Source: a virus. Taken from it: a stretch of 64,000 nt of DNA. The DNA lies in the IMG/VR virus record IMGVR_UViG_3300042197_002234, positions 64,001 through 128,000 of that record. One strand, 5' to 3'. The position numbers and the translations under genes are program-made. Below are positions 47,641 through 56,243 of the stretch, piece after piece. How positions within the stretch are numbered: the first letter of the stretch is position 1; each line of letters opens with the position of its first letter. Below the pieces are notes generated by a model. It made no database searches. It worked only from the letters and a program-made list of their open reading frames with translations, and was not told where the DNA came from.

Positions 47641-48681
47641 TTATTTTTCATTTAATAAAAAATTATTTGAAATCGCTTTAAAACTAATTTTATTATCAAA
47701 TGAACGAACCACAACACCTTCTCTTTCAGTTTGTCTATTTAAAACTGAAGTACCTTCAGCATATTTCAACATACCCTCAACAGTATTTGGTAGTAGAAAT
47801 GGTAGTTCCAAACAAGGAACGTATTGTAAATTTAATGTTTCCATCAATTCTAAAAATTGTGACATTGTCATTCTTTCATGTTTGTCAATATCAAAAGCAT
47901 TAAAAAACATTACTTTTTGACCTTTAATTTTATACGGATTCCCTTGGATGCCTTCACCAATAAGTTCACCTTGTAAACAGATATTTTTACCAGTTGATTT
48001 AAGTTTTTCTTCCAAGTTCATTTCTCTAGCTACTTTCCAAAAAGTATTACCTTCCGTTTCAAGTAATTCTAAATTACGAGAACATACGCCAAACTCACCA
48101 TCTTTATAATAAAATGTTGATGATGACCCATCAAGTTTTTCAGTAACGTAAAACTGATTTTTTGATTGGTATAAAAATTCTTGATATTCTTTTGTAATAT
48201 TTTGAACTCTTTCTTCGTCGGTTTTTTGTAGAAAAGATGGGAATAAACCTTTAACCTTACCTGCAAGTTCTGCAGGGATTGGTGGTTCATATTTTACGAT
48301 ACCCAACATTTCAGTTATATCAAGACCTTCAAATGGTGTAACATAAATGTTTGTATCGGGTGGGTTCAAAACGATGATTGGTAAAATCAAACCTTGCGAT
48401 ACTTGACCCCTTAATTTAATAGTTTTCAATCTGAACCCTTCTTGGTCACCCATTTTTTTATATGAACTCTTTCTCAAGAATTCAAATTCAGGACGTACAG
48501 GTAAAAATGAATCAATTTCGCAATAAATTACCATATCACCTACTTTGTGACCAACATCTTTTGCAACCACAACTTTCCATCCGTCTACAGTTGCCAATTC
48601 AATTTTATCCGCCCCTTCAATTGGGGATATGTCTGAAATTTTTCTAATCGATGCTAACTTTCTTTCTGTTTTTACTTCCAT
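47641..48681 (-). CDS. RNA ligase, DRB0094/Rnl5 family
   Basis: RKLASI..I..I.GAD.IE OB domain, TEKLDGSS, GELIGEGIQGN, REGVV, FKAISN. Confidence 0.9.
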   Translation of the reverse strand: MEVKTERKLASIRKISDISPIEGADKIELATVDGWKVVVAKDVGHKVGDMVIYCEIDSFLPVRPEFEFLRKSSYKKMGDQEGFRLKTIKLRGQVSQGLILPIIVLNPPDTNIYVTPFEGLDITEMLGIVKYEPPIPAELAGKVKGLFPSFLQKTDEERVQNITKEYQEFLYQSKNQFYVTEKLDGSSSTFYYKDGEFGVCSRNLELLETEGNTFWKVAREMNLEEKLKSTGKNICLQGELIGEGIQGNPYKIKGQKVMFFNAFDIDKHERMTMSQFLELMETLNLQYVPCLELPFLLPNTVEGMLKYAEGTSVLNRQTEREGVVVRSFDNKISFKAISNNFLLNEK

Positions 48682-48838
48682 AACATTCTAATTTATTGTT
48701 TGTAACATTCCATAAATTTTTTTTACCTTCGGTCATGTGACAATTATGTGATTTTTTTGTTCTATCAGAAAAATCAATAATCATATCATTATGACGATTT
48801 CTAACAATATGTGGACATTCTTTACAATGTTTTTCCAT
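48644..48838 (-). CDS. Small Cys/His-rich protein
   Basis: CKECPH..CH..C; overlaps the downstream gene. Confidence 0.45.
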   Translation of the reverse strand: MEKHCKECPHIVRNRHNDMIIDFSDRTKKSHNCHMTEGKKNLWNVTNNKLECYGSKNRKKVSID

Positions 48839-48843
48839 TTATT

Positions 48844-49515
48844 TTACCCCTTATCTTTATTTATAATCTCATCGGTGTGGTGGTCATTATCCATTTCAGA
48901 AACTTTGTCTCTGTTTCTAAGTAATGGAACAACTTCACGCATAACGTGATAAGGTCTAAACTCAGGGTGACCATCCATACCAACATCCATACGTTGACCA
49001 ACACCAAACCTTTTGTTTGTTGGTAAGTGACAATGGCCATGTAAGTGCATAACACCTTTGTTCAACCCATCCCAAGAACTAATTGGGTAGTGCATCAAAC
49101 GAAAGGTGTATTCATCTATTTTTAATGTGTTATAGTGAGTAACACTTAAAAACAATCTTTGAATATCTTCCCTGTCATTTTCAATGTGGTGGTCGTGGTT
49201 TCCAAGAACTAAGTGAATGTTTTTACAAACAATTCGGTCCCAAAACTCTTTAATAGATTCAAACCCACCAAAACTCCAATCACCAAGACAAATTAAAATA
49301 TCGTCTTGCATAACATAGTTGTTAATGTTATTAACAATCTCAGAGTTCATTCTTTCCAAATCAGAAAAGTTACGAGTTTGACTTATAGGAATTGAACCAT
49401 CGGGCATACGCCAATTAGTAGTACCACGACAAATGTTTTTGTGGTTATAGTGTGGGTCTGAAAAAATCCACACGTCAGGTAATTTACCTTTTGATATTTC
49501 TTTAATTTTAATCAC
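48844..49515 (-). CDS. Calcineurin-like metallophosphoesterase
   Basis: SDPHYNH, LGD, GNHD, HYP, HGHCH. Confidence 0.9.
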   Translation of the reverse strand: MIKIKEISKGKLPDVWIFSDPHYNHKNICRGTTNWRMPDGSIPISQTRNFSDLERMNSEIVNNINNYVMQDDILICLGDWSFGGFESIKEFWDRIVCKNIHLVLGNHDHHIENDREDIQRLFLSVTHYNTLKIDEYTFRLMHYPISSWDGLNKGVMHLHGHCHLPTNKRFGVGQRMDVGMDGHPEFRPYHVMREVVPLLRNRDKVSEMDNDHHTDEIINKDKG

Positions 49516-50203
49516 GATACAAAGATAAGAAAAAATTCTCTAATTTATCAAGGTTCATAGTAACATTTTTTGGAACATGTGACGGACCGTTGATTGGTTT
49601 CACATCTTTAGTTTGACTTGTCAACTCAAATATTGATTTTGTTTTGGTACCAACATTATATAAACCAAGTGCGTTATGTTTAATTAAATCAACAACCAAT
49701 TTAGTAATAACTGGTGTATAATCGGCATTTGTATAAACATCGACCCAAGCACTTTCATAAGGAAATGGGTGAGGTTTATGAGACAATCGACATATTAAAT
49801 ATTTTTTACCATGATTTATAATGTATTCATCCGCCATTAATTTAGTATATGAATACCAATTTTTATCATGAACAGGGATATCTCTTTCAGTCGCATTTTC
49901 AACTGAATTAACATATACATAATCTGTAGATATATGAACCAGTTTTTTACCATGGTTGTCACAAAATTTTACCAAATTTGTGACAAATTTATAGTTAACA
50001 TCAACCATTGATTCTATGTTGTTAGAATATGTGTCAGTGTTTGCAATACAATTTACAATTACATCATATGGTAACATTTTATATAACCAATAATCAAAAT
50101 TATCCACCCCAATTTCATCTTTCTTTCTTGATAAAAAATCCCAACCTGTTTGGTTTACGATTTCACTACCAAGTTTTCCGTAACCTAAAACTAATACTTT
50201 CAT
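49508..50203 (-). CDS. RmlD-like NDP-sugar reductase
   Basis: VLGYGKLG, VNCIA, HISTDYV, YxxxK (YSYTK). Confidence 0.8.
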   Translation of the reverse strand: MKVLVLGYGKLGSEIVNQTGWDFLSRKKDEIGVDNFDYWLYKMLPYDVIVNCIANTDTYSNNIESMVDVNYKFVTNLVKFCDNHGKKLVHISTDYVYVNSVENATERDIPVHDKNWYSYTKLMADEYIINHGKKYLICRLSHKPHPFPYESAWVDVYTNADYTPVITKLVVDLIKHNALGLYNVGTKTKSIFELTSQTKDVKPINGPSHVPKNVTMNLDKLENFFLSLYRD

Positions 50204-50688
50204 ACTAAAATACTTTCTAATTTAAACCATTTAGGAACTTCTCTACCTTTCCAATTTGCAAAACCTGATTTAGCTCCTCTATAATAATTTCTGTAAGACT
50301 CAACAACACTATTAACTTTATATTCTTGAGGCATTGCTCTTGCAGGTTCGGTAAAACCTATGTCAGGTATATTTGGTCTATTTGAAATACACCACATAAT
50401 AACTTCTAACGATTTATGTTGTTTACCGTAACGATATGTATATTCATTACACAACTCAAGACCTAACTCACACAAGTAAAGGTAGTTTGACAAACTTTCA
50501 CGAGCCCAAATAGCGCAAGGGTGATTTTTGTGAGATAATTTGTACGGAACTTGAGGGGTGACTTGAGGGGTCATATGGTGAACACCACACAAAAGTTGTG
50601 CGGTCTCAAGTATCATCTTGACAACGTGTTTGTCAACATGATACTGAGCACACTTTTTAACATCCCAATCTAAAATAAAAATATTCAT
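50200..50688 (-). CDS. Pyrimidine-dimer DNA glycosylase/DenV-like family protein
   Basis: MNIFILD...CAQYH.DKHVVKM.LE.AQLL, HKNHP..IW, EYTYRYGKQH; real start 50688. Confidence 0.75.
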   Translation of the reverse strand: MNIFILDWDVKKCAQYHVDKHVVKMILETAQLLCGVHHMTPQVTPQVPYKLSHKNHPCAIWARESLSNYLYLCELGLELCNEYTYRYGKQHKSLEVIMWCISNRPNIPDIGFTEPARAMPQEYKVNSVVESYRNYYRGAKSGFANWKGREVPKWFKLESILV

Positions 50689-50689
50689 A

Positions 50690-51103
50690 TTAAACCGTAT
50701 GAGGAATTTGAACTCTAACACAATTTTGGGGTAATCTATTAATGTGTCGATAGTTATTAATATATCCCATAATATTTCCTGAACCAATTGCGTTTGCTGA
50801 GTGAACAACAACATCAACCACAGGTTTACCATCCATCCATTCATTAACTAACCATTTAGCCACGTCATAACCCGTTTTTTCCTCAATGTTATCATAGTTT
50901 AGTTCGTAATTCTGATAAACATTACGATGCCACTCAGCCATAGCGGTATCACCTAAATCATGGTCTAATGAAATAATATCGATGTTTTCTAACCCAATTT
51001 CATTTACTTTATCAACAAACTCCTCATAAGAACGGACCACAATCCATTTATTTTCTTCAACAGGAGTTCTAACATCATCCAAATAAATTCTTTTCTTTTC
51101 CAT
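50690..51103 (-). CDS. Cyclic-phosphate-processing receiver-like domain protein
   Basis: IYLDDVR.P, ISLDHDLG, TGYD..KWL, VHSAN..G. Confidence 0.75.
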   Translation of the reverse strand: MEKKRIYLDDVRTPVEENKWIVVRSYEEFVDKVNEIGLENIDIISLDHDLGDTAMAEWHRNVYQNYELNYDNIEEKTGYDVAKWLVNEWMDGKPVVDVVVHSANAIGSGNIMGYINNYRHINRLPQNCVRVQIPHTV

Positions 51104-51202
51104 TTTTAATAACTTTATCAGCAAATATAATCATAATTTCTGTAATAAAAAACCCCACCTATTGGATGGGGTTAATATTTTGAAACCTTGTTGTTTTATT
51201 TT

Positions 51203-51952
51203 TTAATATTTTGTACCGCAGTGAGGACAGAATTTATGAGAATCTTTTTTTCTCTTTGTACCACATTCACCACAATATACTTTTAAATCTTTAGATTCAT
51301 AAGGTTTTTGAGAATTAGGTAATATTTTCCATTCTGAAACCACACTTGACCATGTATCAAATTTCATATTTACATATGAAAATTCTTGGTCACTTTTACC
51401 CCCCATCTCAATACGTCCAGTTTCAATTGATTTCACGTTTGAACTGTATTTACAAGACACTTCTGAAGTGTAGTTTGAATTAGTCATTCCTAAACCATTT
51501 GTGGTGAATGTTGGATTATAATACCTTTTATTAGATGAGTCACCTAACCAGTCGTTATAAACCCAGTCAGTAGACCAATTACCACCATAAGATATTTTAG
51601 GTAATGCTTCGTTATAAAACTCAATTCTAACGTCTCCGTTATTTTGAATTGCTTCCATAACTTCCCTTGAATTGGAATCGACTTCATATGTGTCGAATTT
51701 AAATTTACGGGACTCATCCAAATACCTCTCAAGAAATACTCGTTGACCTGGTTTAAGAACAATACCTCCACCTGAGATATAGGTTCCGTTAATTTTTATT
51801 TTAGATAAAACCGTTGTTTTTGTCGGGTTGAATAACTCAATTTCGAATTCATCCCCATTGTTAAGATAGACATTTTGTCCAAATTGTTTAAGACGTTGTT
51901 TGTCTTTTGTGATAAACGCACATGGCGTTGATTGTTTTGTTTGATAATACAT
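51203..51952 (-). CDS. Conserved hypothetical protein with C-terminal zinc ribbon
   Basis: YCGECG..FCPHCG. Confidence 0.6.
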   Translation of the reverse strand: MYYQTKQSTPCAFITKDKQRLKQFGQNVYLNNGDEFEIELFNPTKTTVLSKIKINGTYISGGGIVLKPGQRVFLERYLDESRKFKFDTYEVDSNSREVMEAIQNNGDVRIEFYNEALPKISYGGNWSTDWVYNDWLGDSSNKRYYNPTFTTNGLGMTNSNYTSEVSCKYSSNVKSIETGRIEMGGKSDQEFSYVNMKFDTWSSVVSEWKILPNSQKPYESKDLKVYCGECGTKRKKDSHKFCPHCGTKY

Positions 51953-52096
51953 TTTTTCCTTATTTTAATTTTTATGTTTATTGAACCCCACTTCGTTGGT
52001 AGTTAGCCAACTCAACTGTTACAAGAACAGGTGGACCTCATCAACAAGGTTTCAAGGATAAATATAGTAGTATCTGTTTTTTTTGTAAATGTTTTT

Positions 52097-52939
52097 TTAA
52101 TTTGTAGTACAATTAACAAATTCGTATCCATTACTTGTTTTTCTCCAAACAATAAATACAAGTTCAATTTTACTCAAATCCCAATTGGAATTATAATCAA
52201 TAACACGGGACCAATGGTACACCTCACCACTTGACAAATTGTTAAAAATTTCTTCACCGAAAGCTCCTGATGTGGTTGCGGATTTAGCCAATACGTGGTG
52301 ATGAATGTGGGGATTTTGAGAACTACCATTTTGAGATGCCGTAATCTCTTTATGTAAAAATAATGCAGACATGGTATATACACCTGATAAATTTTCAAAG
52401 GATTTAATATACACATTAACATTTAATTTACCAGCGTTTTTACCCGCACCTTGGGTTATGTGACTACCAATAGATAATTTTGGCGTTTGACTATTTTTAT
52501 TTGTTATTTCACCTGGTATTCCTGAAGTACTTGTACCTACAAAATTGTCATTGACAAAGAAATTAGGCGTGCCTGTATACTGCCATTTTGTAGAAAATTC
52601 ATCAACCAAAGGACCGTTGTCAGGTGTGGTTAACCCATCGTTAATTTGTAAAGACATTGCCAACACATTACCTTTATGGTTGTTATATAATTCCTCAAAT
52701 CTAGTGACACCCCATCCACCACAAGGACCACACCAAGTTGCGGTAAATTTACCAAAAATGGAGTTTTGTGTACTATCAACATACACACAAGACCCGTCAT
52801 TTATAATCGCATTTGGGTTATAATTAACCGATTTTGAATCGGTGCATCCTTTAATTGCCGAATCATCATCAACCAATAATGTTGGTTCTTGACAACTAGC
52901 CAATATAAAGAATAATAAAAATAATAAGTAGTTTTTCAT
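52097..52939 (-). CDS. Omp28-related thioredoxin-fold lipoprotein
   Basis: Lipobox LASC, GCTD..S.NYNP.A..DGSC repeat, TATWCGPC, GTP.F.V, C-terminal Ig-like domain with H.HVL. Confidence 0.75.
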   Translation of the reverse strand: MKNYLLFLLFFILASCQEPTLLVDDDSAIKGCTDSKSVNYNPNAIINDGSCVYVDSTQNSIFGKFTATWCGPCGGWGVTRFEELYNNHKGNVLAMSLQINDGLTTPDNGPLVDEFSTKWQYTGTPNFFVNDNFVGTSTSGIPGEITNKNSQTPKLSIGSHITQGAGKNAGKLNVNVYIKSFENLSGVYTMSALFLHKEITASQNGSSQNPHIHHHVLAKSATTSGAFGEEIFNNLSSGEVYHWSRVIDYNSNWDLSKIELVFIVWRKTSNGYEFVNCTTN

Positions 52940-53006
52940 AATTAATTTTGAAATATTGTATAGATTATATATACATAAATATAATAATTTTTACTTTAAT
53001 TTAAAG

Positions 53007-53504
53007 TTATTTTATTTCAAACGCACAACGGACAACACGACGTTTTTTAATTGCATCTTCAGTGTTACCAATAACAACACCATCTTTAATGGTAAAAGCG
53101 TGACCACGAACAAGAATGAAAAAAGTACCTTTAGGATTTTGTTTTATAAAAGTACCAACGGTCATTTCACGTTTAATTTTTTGACCTTTAACTTTAACTT
53201 CATAAACCAAAGAATTTGCCATCCAATTATTAGTACGATTACCAACTGTATACACACGTTTACCGTTAACTTCAGTATTATTGTCAGACATATTAACCAA
53301 TTTTGATGAGGTCATAAACGTACCTTTTCTTGGTTTTCTTTTAAAATGTTCGGCAACATATTGGTGAGCAAAATCATAGTCAACTTCAAATGACGAGGCA
53401 AAAGCTCTAACAACACAATCATTTGTTTCACCTTTAGCGATTGAGGATTCAAAATATCCTTTAATAGCTTCGTATCTGTTGCAATATGGGAGTCTGTCAT
53501 TCAT
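53007..53504 (-). CDS. Hypothetical protein (NDCVVRA..H putative Cys hydrolase)
   Basis: Cys/His motifs; TATCTTTG promoter 53509-53516 sets the start. Confidence 0.5.
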   Translation of the reverse strand: MNDRLPYCNRYEAIKGYFESSIAKGETNDCVVRAFASSFEVDYDFAHQYVAEHFKRKPRKGTFMTSSKLVNMSDNNTEVNGKRVYTVGNRTNNWMANSLVYEVKVKGQKIKREMTVGTFIKQNPKGTFFILVRGHAFTIKDGVVIGNTEDAIKKRRVVRCAFEIK

Positions 53505-53555
53505 AATACAAAGATACAAAAAAAATCTGAACCAAAAAAATATTGGTAAAAAAAG

Positions 53556-53629
53556 TGGACCCTGCAGGGCTTGAACCTGCGACCCCTGCATTATGAGTGC
53601 AACGCTCTAACCATCTGAGCTAAGAGTCC
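53556..53629 (-). tRNA. tRNA-Ile2/Met (CAT)
   Basis: Full cloverleaf, loop CT CAT AA, C4-G69, A73 favours Ile2. Confidence 0.85.
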
Positions 53630-53819
53630 TAAAAATAAAAAATGATGTGGGGTATTCCTATTTAGTTTAAATTAACCAGTAGTCTGTTAATGTACACTTG
53701 TTGGTTTTACATCCCCACACCAATAACACACTCATAAGCATTCTACTTCCAGCTCCGAGAAATCGTATCTAACTTAGCCCATCTCACCGCTGTATGGGTA
53801 CTTAAGTTTATGTGTTTTG

Positions 53820-53891
53820 TAGCCCCTACGGGAATCGAACCCGTCTTTTTAGGATGAAAACCTAATGTCCTAACCGATAGACGAAAGGGCC
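53820..53891 (-). tRNA. tRNA-Glu (TTC)
   Basis: TTAGG TT TTC AT CCTAA; T-loop TTCGATT. Confidence 0.9.
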
Positions 53892-53949
53892 ATAAATAAA
53901 AGGTGTTGAATCATCCCTACGCCATTATAGGAACACCTTTTGTTTTAAT

Positions 53950-54425
53950 ATTTGGCGAATTAATATTCCTACCTATATTCCCAAGATTCGTCAGAACATA
54001 GTAACCATCCAAGGTAGGCCTATACTATTACACTCCGTCCATATTTACTCACCTAATCAGATTAGTCATAGGTTTTTCAGATACAGCGTTCAGTGCTACC
54101 CTCAGGACATCTTCACCCTACCCCATAGTTACGTGGTGGTCTCACTCGGAAGAAGAGTGTGTATTGTAGAATTGTCCAGTATTTCTACAACTTGTGGATT
54201 GTATTATGACTAATTAAAGCCCCTAACCCCCTTAATCCATAATGGGGAACTCTTGTTTTAAAGATTCCAACATACCTGAAAGAACTTCCCCTTCTCAGTG
54301 AACACCGTTTATAAGGTGTTATATGTTTTTCACTTTGTGTGTATCTATCCCCCATAGCCCCAAAGACTTCTAGTCGGGGTTCACACACCATAACAGTCGA
54401 GTACTACTGTTAATCGTGGGGTCAT
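53950..54425 (-). ncRNA. Candidate ~470-nt multibranched ncRNA in the tRNA array
   Basis: Perfect helices 54061-54070/54205-54214, 54164-54171/54183-54190, 54391-54397/54406-54412, and others. Confidence 0.55.
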
Positions 54426-54429
54426 TTGC

Positions 54430-54521
54430 TGATTAAAGGGAATCGAACCCAATCCTCCGACCCCGTTTACCCCTATGAGGGGGCCACTAGGGTCAGTATG
54501 CCCATTACATCATAACCAATC
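54430..54521 (-). ncRNA. tRNA-like RNA with extended anticodon arm (apex CAT)
   Basis: D-like and T-loop (GGGTTCGATTCCC) present; weak acceptor stem. Confidence 0.5.
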
Positions 54522-54568
54522 GTCAGTTTCGAACCTGACAGTTCAAGGTTAATTACTCCTTGAGTTTG

Positions 54569-54646
54569 TTGCGATTTGTGGACTCGAACCACACAGGGGG
54601 TGCGACCCAACTCGGTTCATGAGACCGACCTTACACCTGTATCGCA
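54569..54646 (-). ncRNA. D-arm-reduced tRNA-like RNA (CAT) with long variable arm
   Basis: TCGGT CTCATGA ACCGA; variable arm GGG/CCC; TGTGG TTCGAGT CCACA. Confidence 0.6.
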
Positions 54647-54651
54647 GTTTT

Positions 54652-54736
54652 TGGTACTCGGAGCGGGACTCGAACCCGCACGGACAATGTCCAGCAGATT
54701 TTAAGTCTGCCTTGGCTACCTTTACAACACCCGAGC
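54652..54736 (-). tRNA. tRNA-Leu (TAA)
   Basis: GCAGA CT TAA AA TCTGC; variable arm; encoded CCA. Confidence 0.95.
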
Positions 54737-54808
54737 GTTTATTTCAAAGAACACTACAAAGATAAAGAACAAATTTCATATGAACAATACCTTTATAATT
54801 TTTTTTTG

Positions 54809-54912
54809 TCCACTCTGTTGGATTCGAACCAACTTACTCACTCTATATTCGGATACTGCAGTATCAGGCGATATAGAGGTCATCGTGTTTTACCACATAA
54901 CACTAAGAGTGA
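54809..54912 (-). ncRNA. tRNA-like RNA with extended anticodon arm
   Basis: Acceptor TCACTCT/AGAGTGG, D arm GTGTT/AACAC, T arm GTTGG TTCGAAT CCAAC; long stem CTCTATAT/ATATAGAG + GATAC-TGCA-GTATC. Confidence 0.65.
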
Positions 54913-54917
54913 ATTTG

Positions 54918-54991
54918 TAGTCGGGGTGGGAATTGAACCCACGACCTTGATGATATAAGCATCCTGCTCTCGACCCCTGAGCTACCCGACC
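54918..54991 (-). tRNA. tRNA-Ile (TAT)
   Basis: GGATG CT TAT AT CATCA; full cloverleaf. Confidence 0.88.
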
Positions 54992-54997
54992 AAATGC

Positions 54998-55205
54998 CCC
55001 CACCCTGAGATTCCAGGTGAGTAGATATATCGGTTTTCTTTCTTTCAATAAACCTGTGGGTCTTACCCTCTTAAAATTAGTCAACACTACTGGGAGGGAT
55101 TGTGTCGGTTCCCTTTGTTCCCACGATGTCCCACTCGCGCCGTAGACATTCTGCGGAATCATTCTTAAAGTCTTGATTCGAAGACTCTGAGTATCTCTTA
55201 CTCAT
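54998..55205 (-). ncRNA. Candidate structured RNA
   Basis: Hairpins tgagta/tactca, agtctt/aagact, ccgcaga/tctacgg, gtggg/cccac. Confidence 0.4.
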
Positions 55206-55207
55206 TG

Positions 55208-55279
55208 AGCTTCCACCCAGGGTCGAACTGGGGACTACTGATTACAAGTCAGTTATTTTACCTGCTAAACTACAGAAGC
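55208..55279 (-). tRNA. tRNA-Thr (TGT)
   Basis: ACTGA CT TGT AA TCAGT. Confidence 0.92.
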
Positions 55280-55289
55280 TTATTTATCG

Positions 55290-55436
55290 TATCTCCGATG
55301 GGAATCGAACCCACCTTGTAAATTACTTGTCAATTGCTCTGACTTATCTCTACAAACTAGTATAAGTAGTGTTAGGCCAATTAACCATCATTTACCCACT
55401 CACTGTTTTTGGTGCGACCTCAACAGATACGGAGAT
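55290..55436 (-). ncRNA. tRNA-top-half RNA with a non-tRNA ~115-nt body
   Basis: Perfect acceptor ATCTCCG/CGGAGAT + A73; T arm GTGGG TTCGATT CCCAT; no anticodon arm. Confidence 0.65.
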
Positions 55437-55442
55437 GTTTTG

Positions 55443-55522
55443 TACCGAAGGAGAGACTCGAACTCTCACGCCATATGCAGATGCTTCTAAAACATCCGTG
55501 TCTACCATTCCACCACTTCGGC
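55443..55522 (-). tRNA. tRNA-Leu (TAG)
   Basis: GATGT TT TAG AA GCATC. Confidence 0.92.
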
Positions 55523-55633
55523 AATTTGTGGGTAGGGTCCTCCCACATTAGACTTAAGGTTTCGGATTCTTTAAAGACAATTCCTAAATGTCAACCGCCC
55601 GCATGTCCTTCACCTTAAAGCGGGAGCCCCTTA

Positions 55634-55709
55634 TGGAGCGAGAGACGAGATTTGAACTCGCGACCCCAACCTTGGCAAGGTTGTGCTCTACCAACTGAGC
55701 TACTCCCGC
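55634..55709 (-). tRNA. tRNA-Gly (GCC)
   Basis: CAACC TT GCC AA GGTTG; CCA encoded. Confidence 0.95.
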
Positions 55710-55714
55710 AATTA

Positions 55715-55914
55715 AAAGAAACTTTCCTTCTACGCTCACCGTAGTTTTGGATTTTACTGATGGTTGGTTCCCCATCACCTGTTATGAGTGCACCATAGAG
55801 CAGGGTCCATCACAGAGTCCTTCGGGTCATGTACCTTCGTTATAGTTGCGACCTATTTGAAGCCGAAGTACCTTTCAACGGTGCTAATCCGTCTTCTGTA
55901 AGGAAAGGTTCTTT
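55715..55914 (-). ncRNA. Candidate 200-nt multibranched RNA
   Basis: 14/15-bp closing helix 55715-55729/55900-55914 enclosing at least 4 hairpins. Confidence 0.55.
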
Positions 55915-55917
55915 TTG

Positions 55918-55990
55918 AGCAGGTGGAGGTAATCGAAACCTCATCTTCAGAGTGGAAATCTGACATAATATGCCATTATACGACACCTGC
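55918..55990 (-). tRNA. tRNA-Gly (TCC)
   Basis: TCAGA TT TCC AC TCTGA. Confidence 0.9.
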
Positions 55991-56085
55991 GTATTCGAGT
56001 CAGAGTAGTCACGGCCACCTCTGTTCCTTCTGACTCTTATTATAACCGTGGCAAAATGTGGCTCGACCCAAGTTATAATCATTAG

Positions 56086-56160
56086 TTGCGGGGGTAGGAT
56101 TCGAACCTACGTCATTCGGCTTATGAGACCGAGCTGGAACCAACTCCAGTCCACCCCGCC
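56086..56160 (-). tRNA. tRNA-Met (CAT), initiator-like
   Basis: TCGGT CT CAT AA GCCGA; 1:72 mismatch. Confidence 0.85.
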
Positions 56161-56165
56161 ATTTG

Positions 56166-56237
56166 CGGTCCGTGCGGGAGTCGAACCCGCCACACTGCCG
56201 TGACAGGGCAGCATTATAGCCGATTAACTAACGGACC
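56166..56237 (-). tRNA. tRNA-Asp (GTC)
   Basis: CTGCC CT GTC AC GGCAG; G73. Confidence 0.93.
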
Positions 56238-56243
56238 TAATTG

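Noticed and set aside
46545-48681. Diversity-generating retroelement or retron
   Set aside because: No reverse transcriptase motifs and no template/variable repeat pair in the window
51980-52045. Hammerhead ribozyme
   Set aside because: TGATGAG lacks the CUGAUGA core context and no GAAA/UH arrangement closes three stems
5539-53500. Numerous antisense or out-of-frame short ORFs inside long genes (e.g. 8759, 10334, 16023, 24737, 34459, 39172, 52956)
   Set aside because: Shadows of well-supported genes on the opposite strand or in another frame
53950-54425. RNase P RNA or group I intron
   Set aside because: No GAGGAAAGUCC/P4 elements and no P7 R/S consensus recognisable
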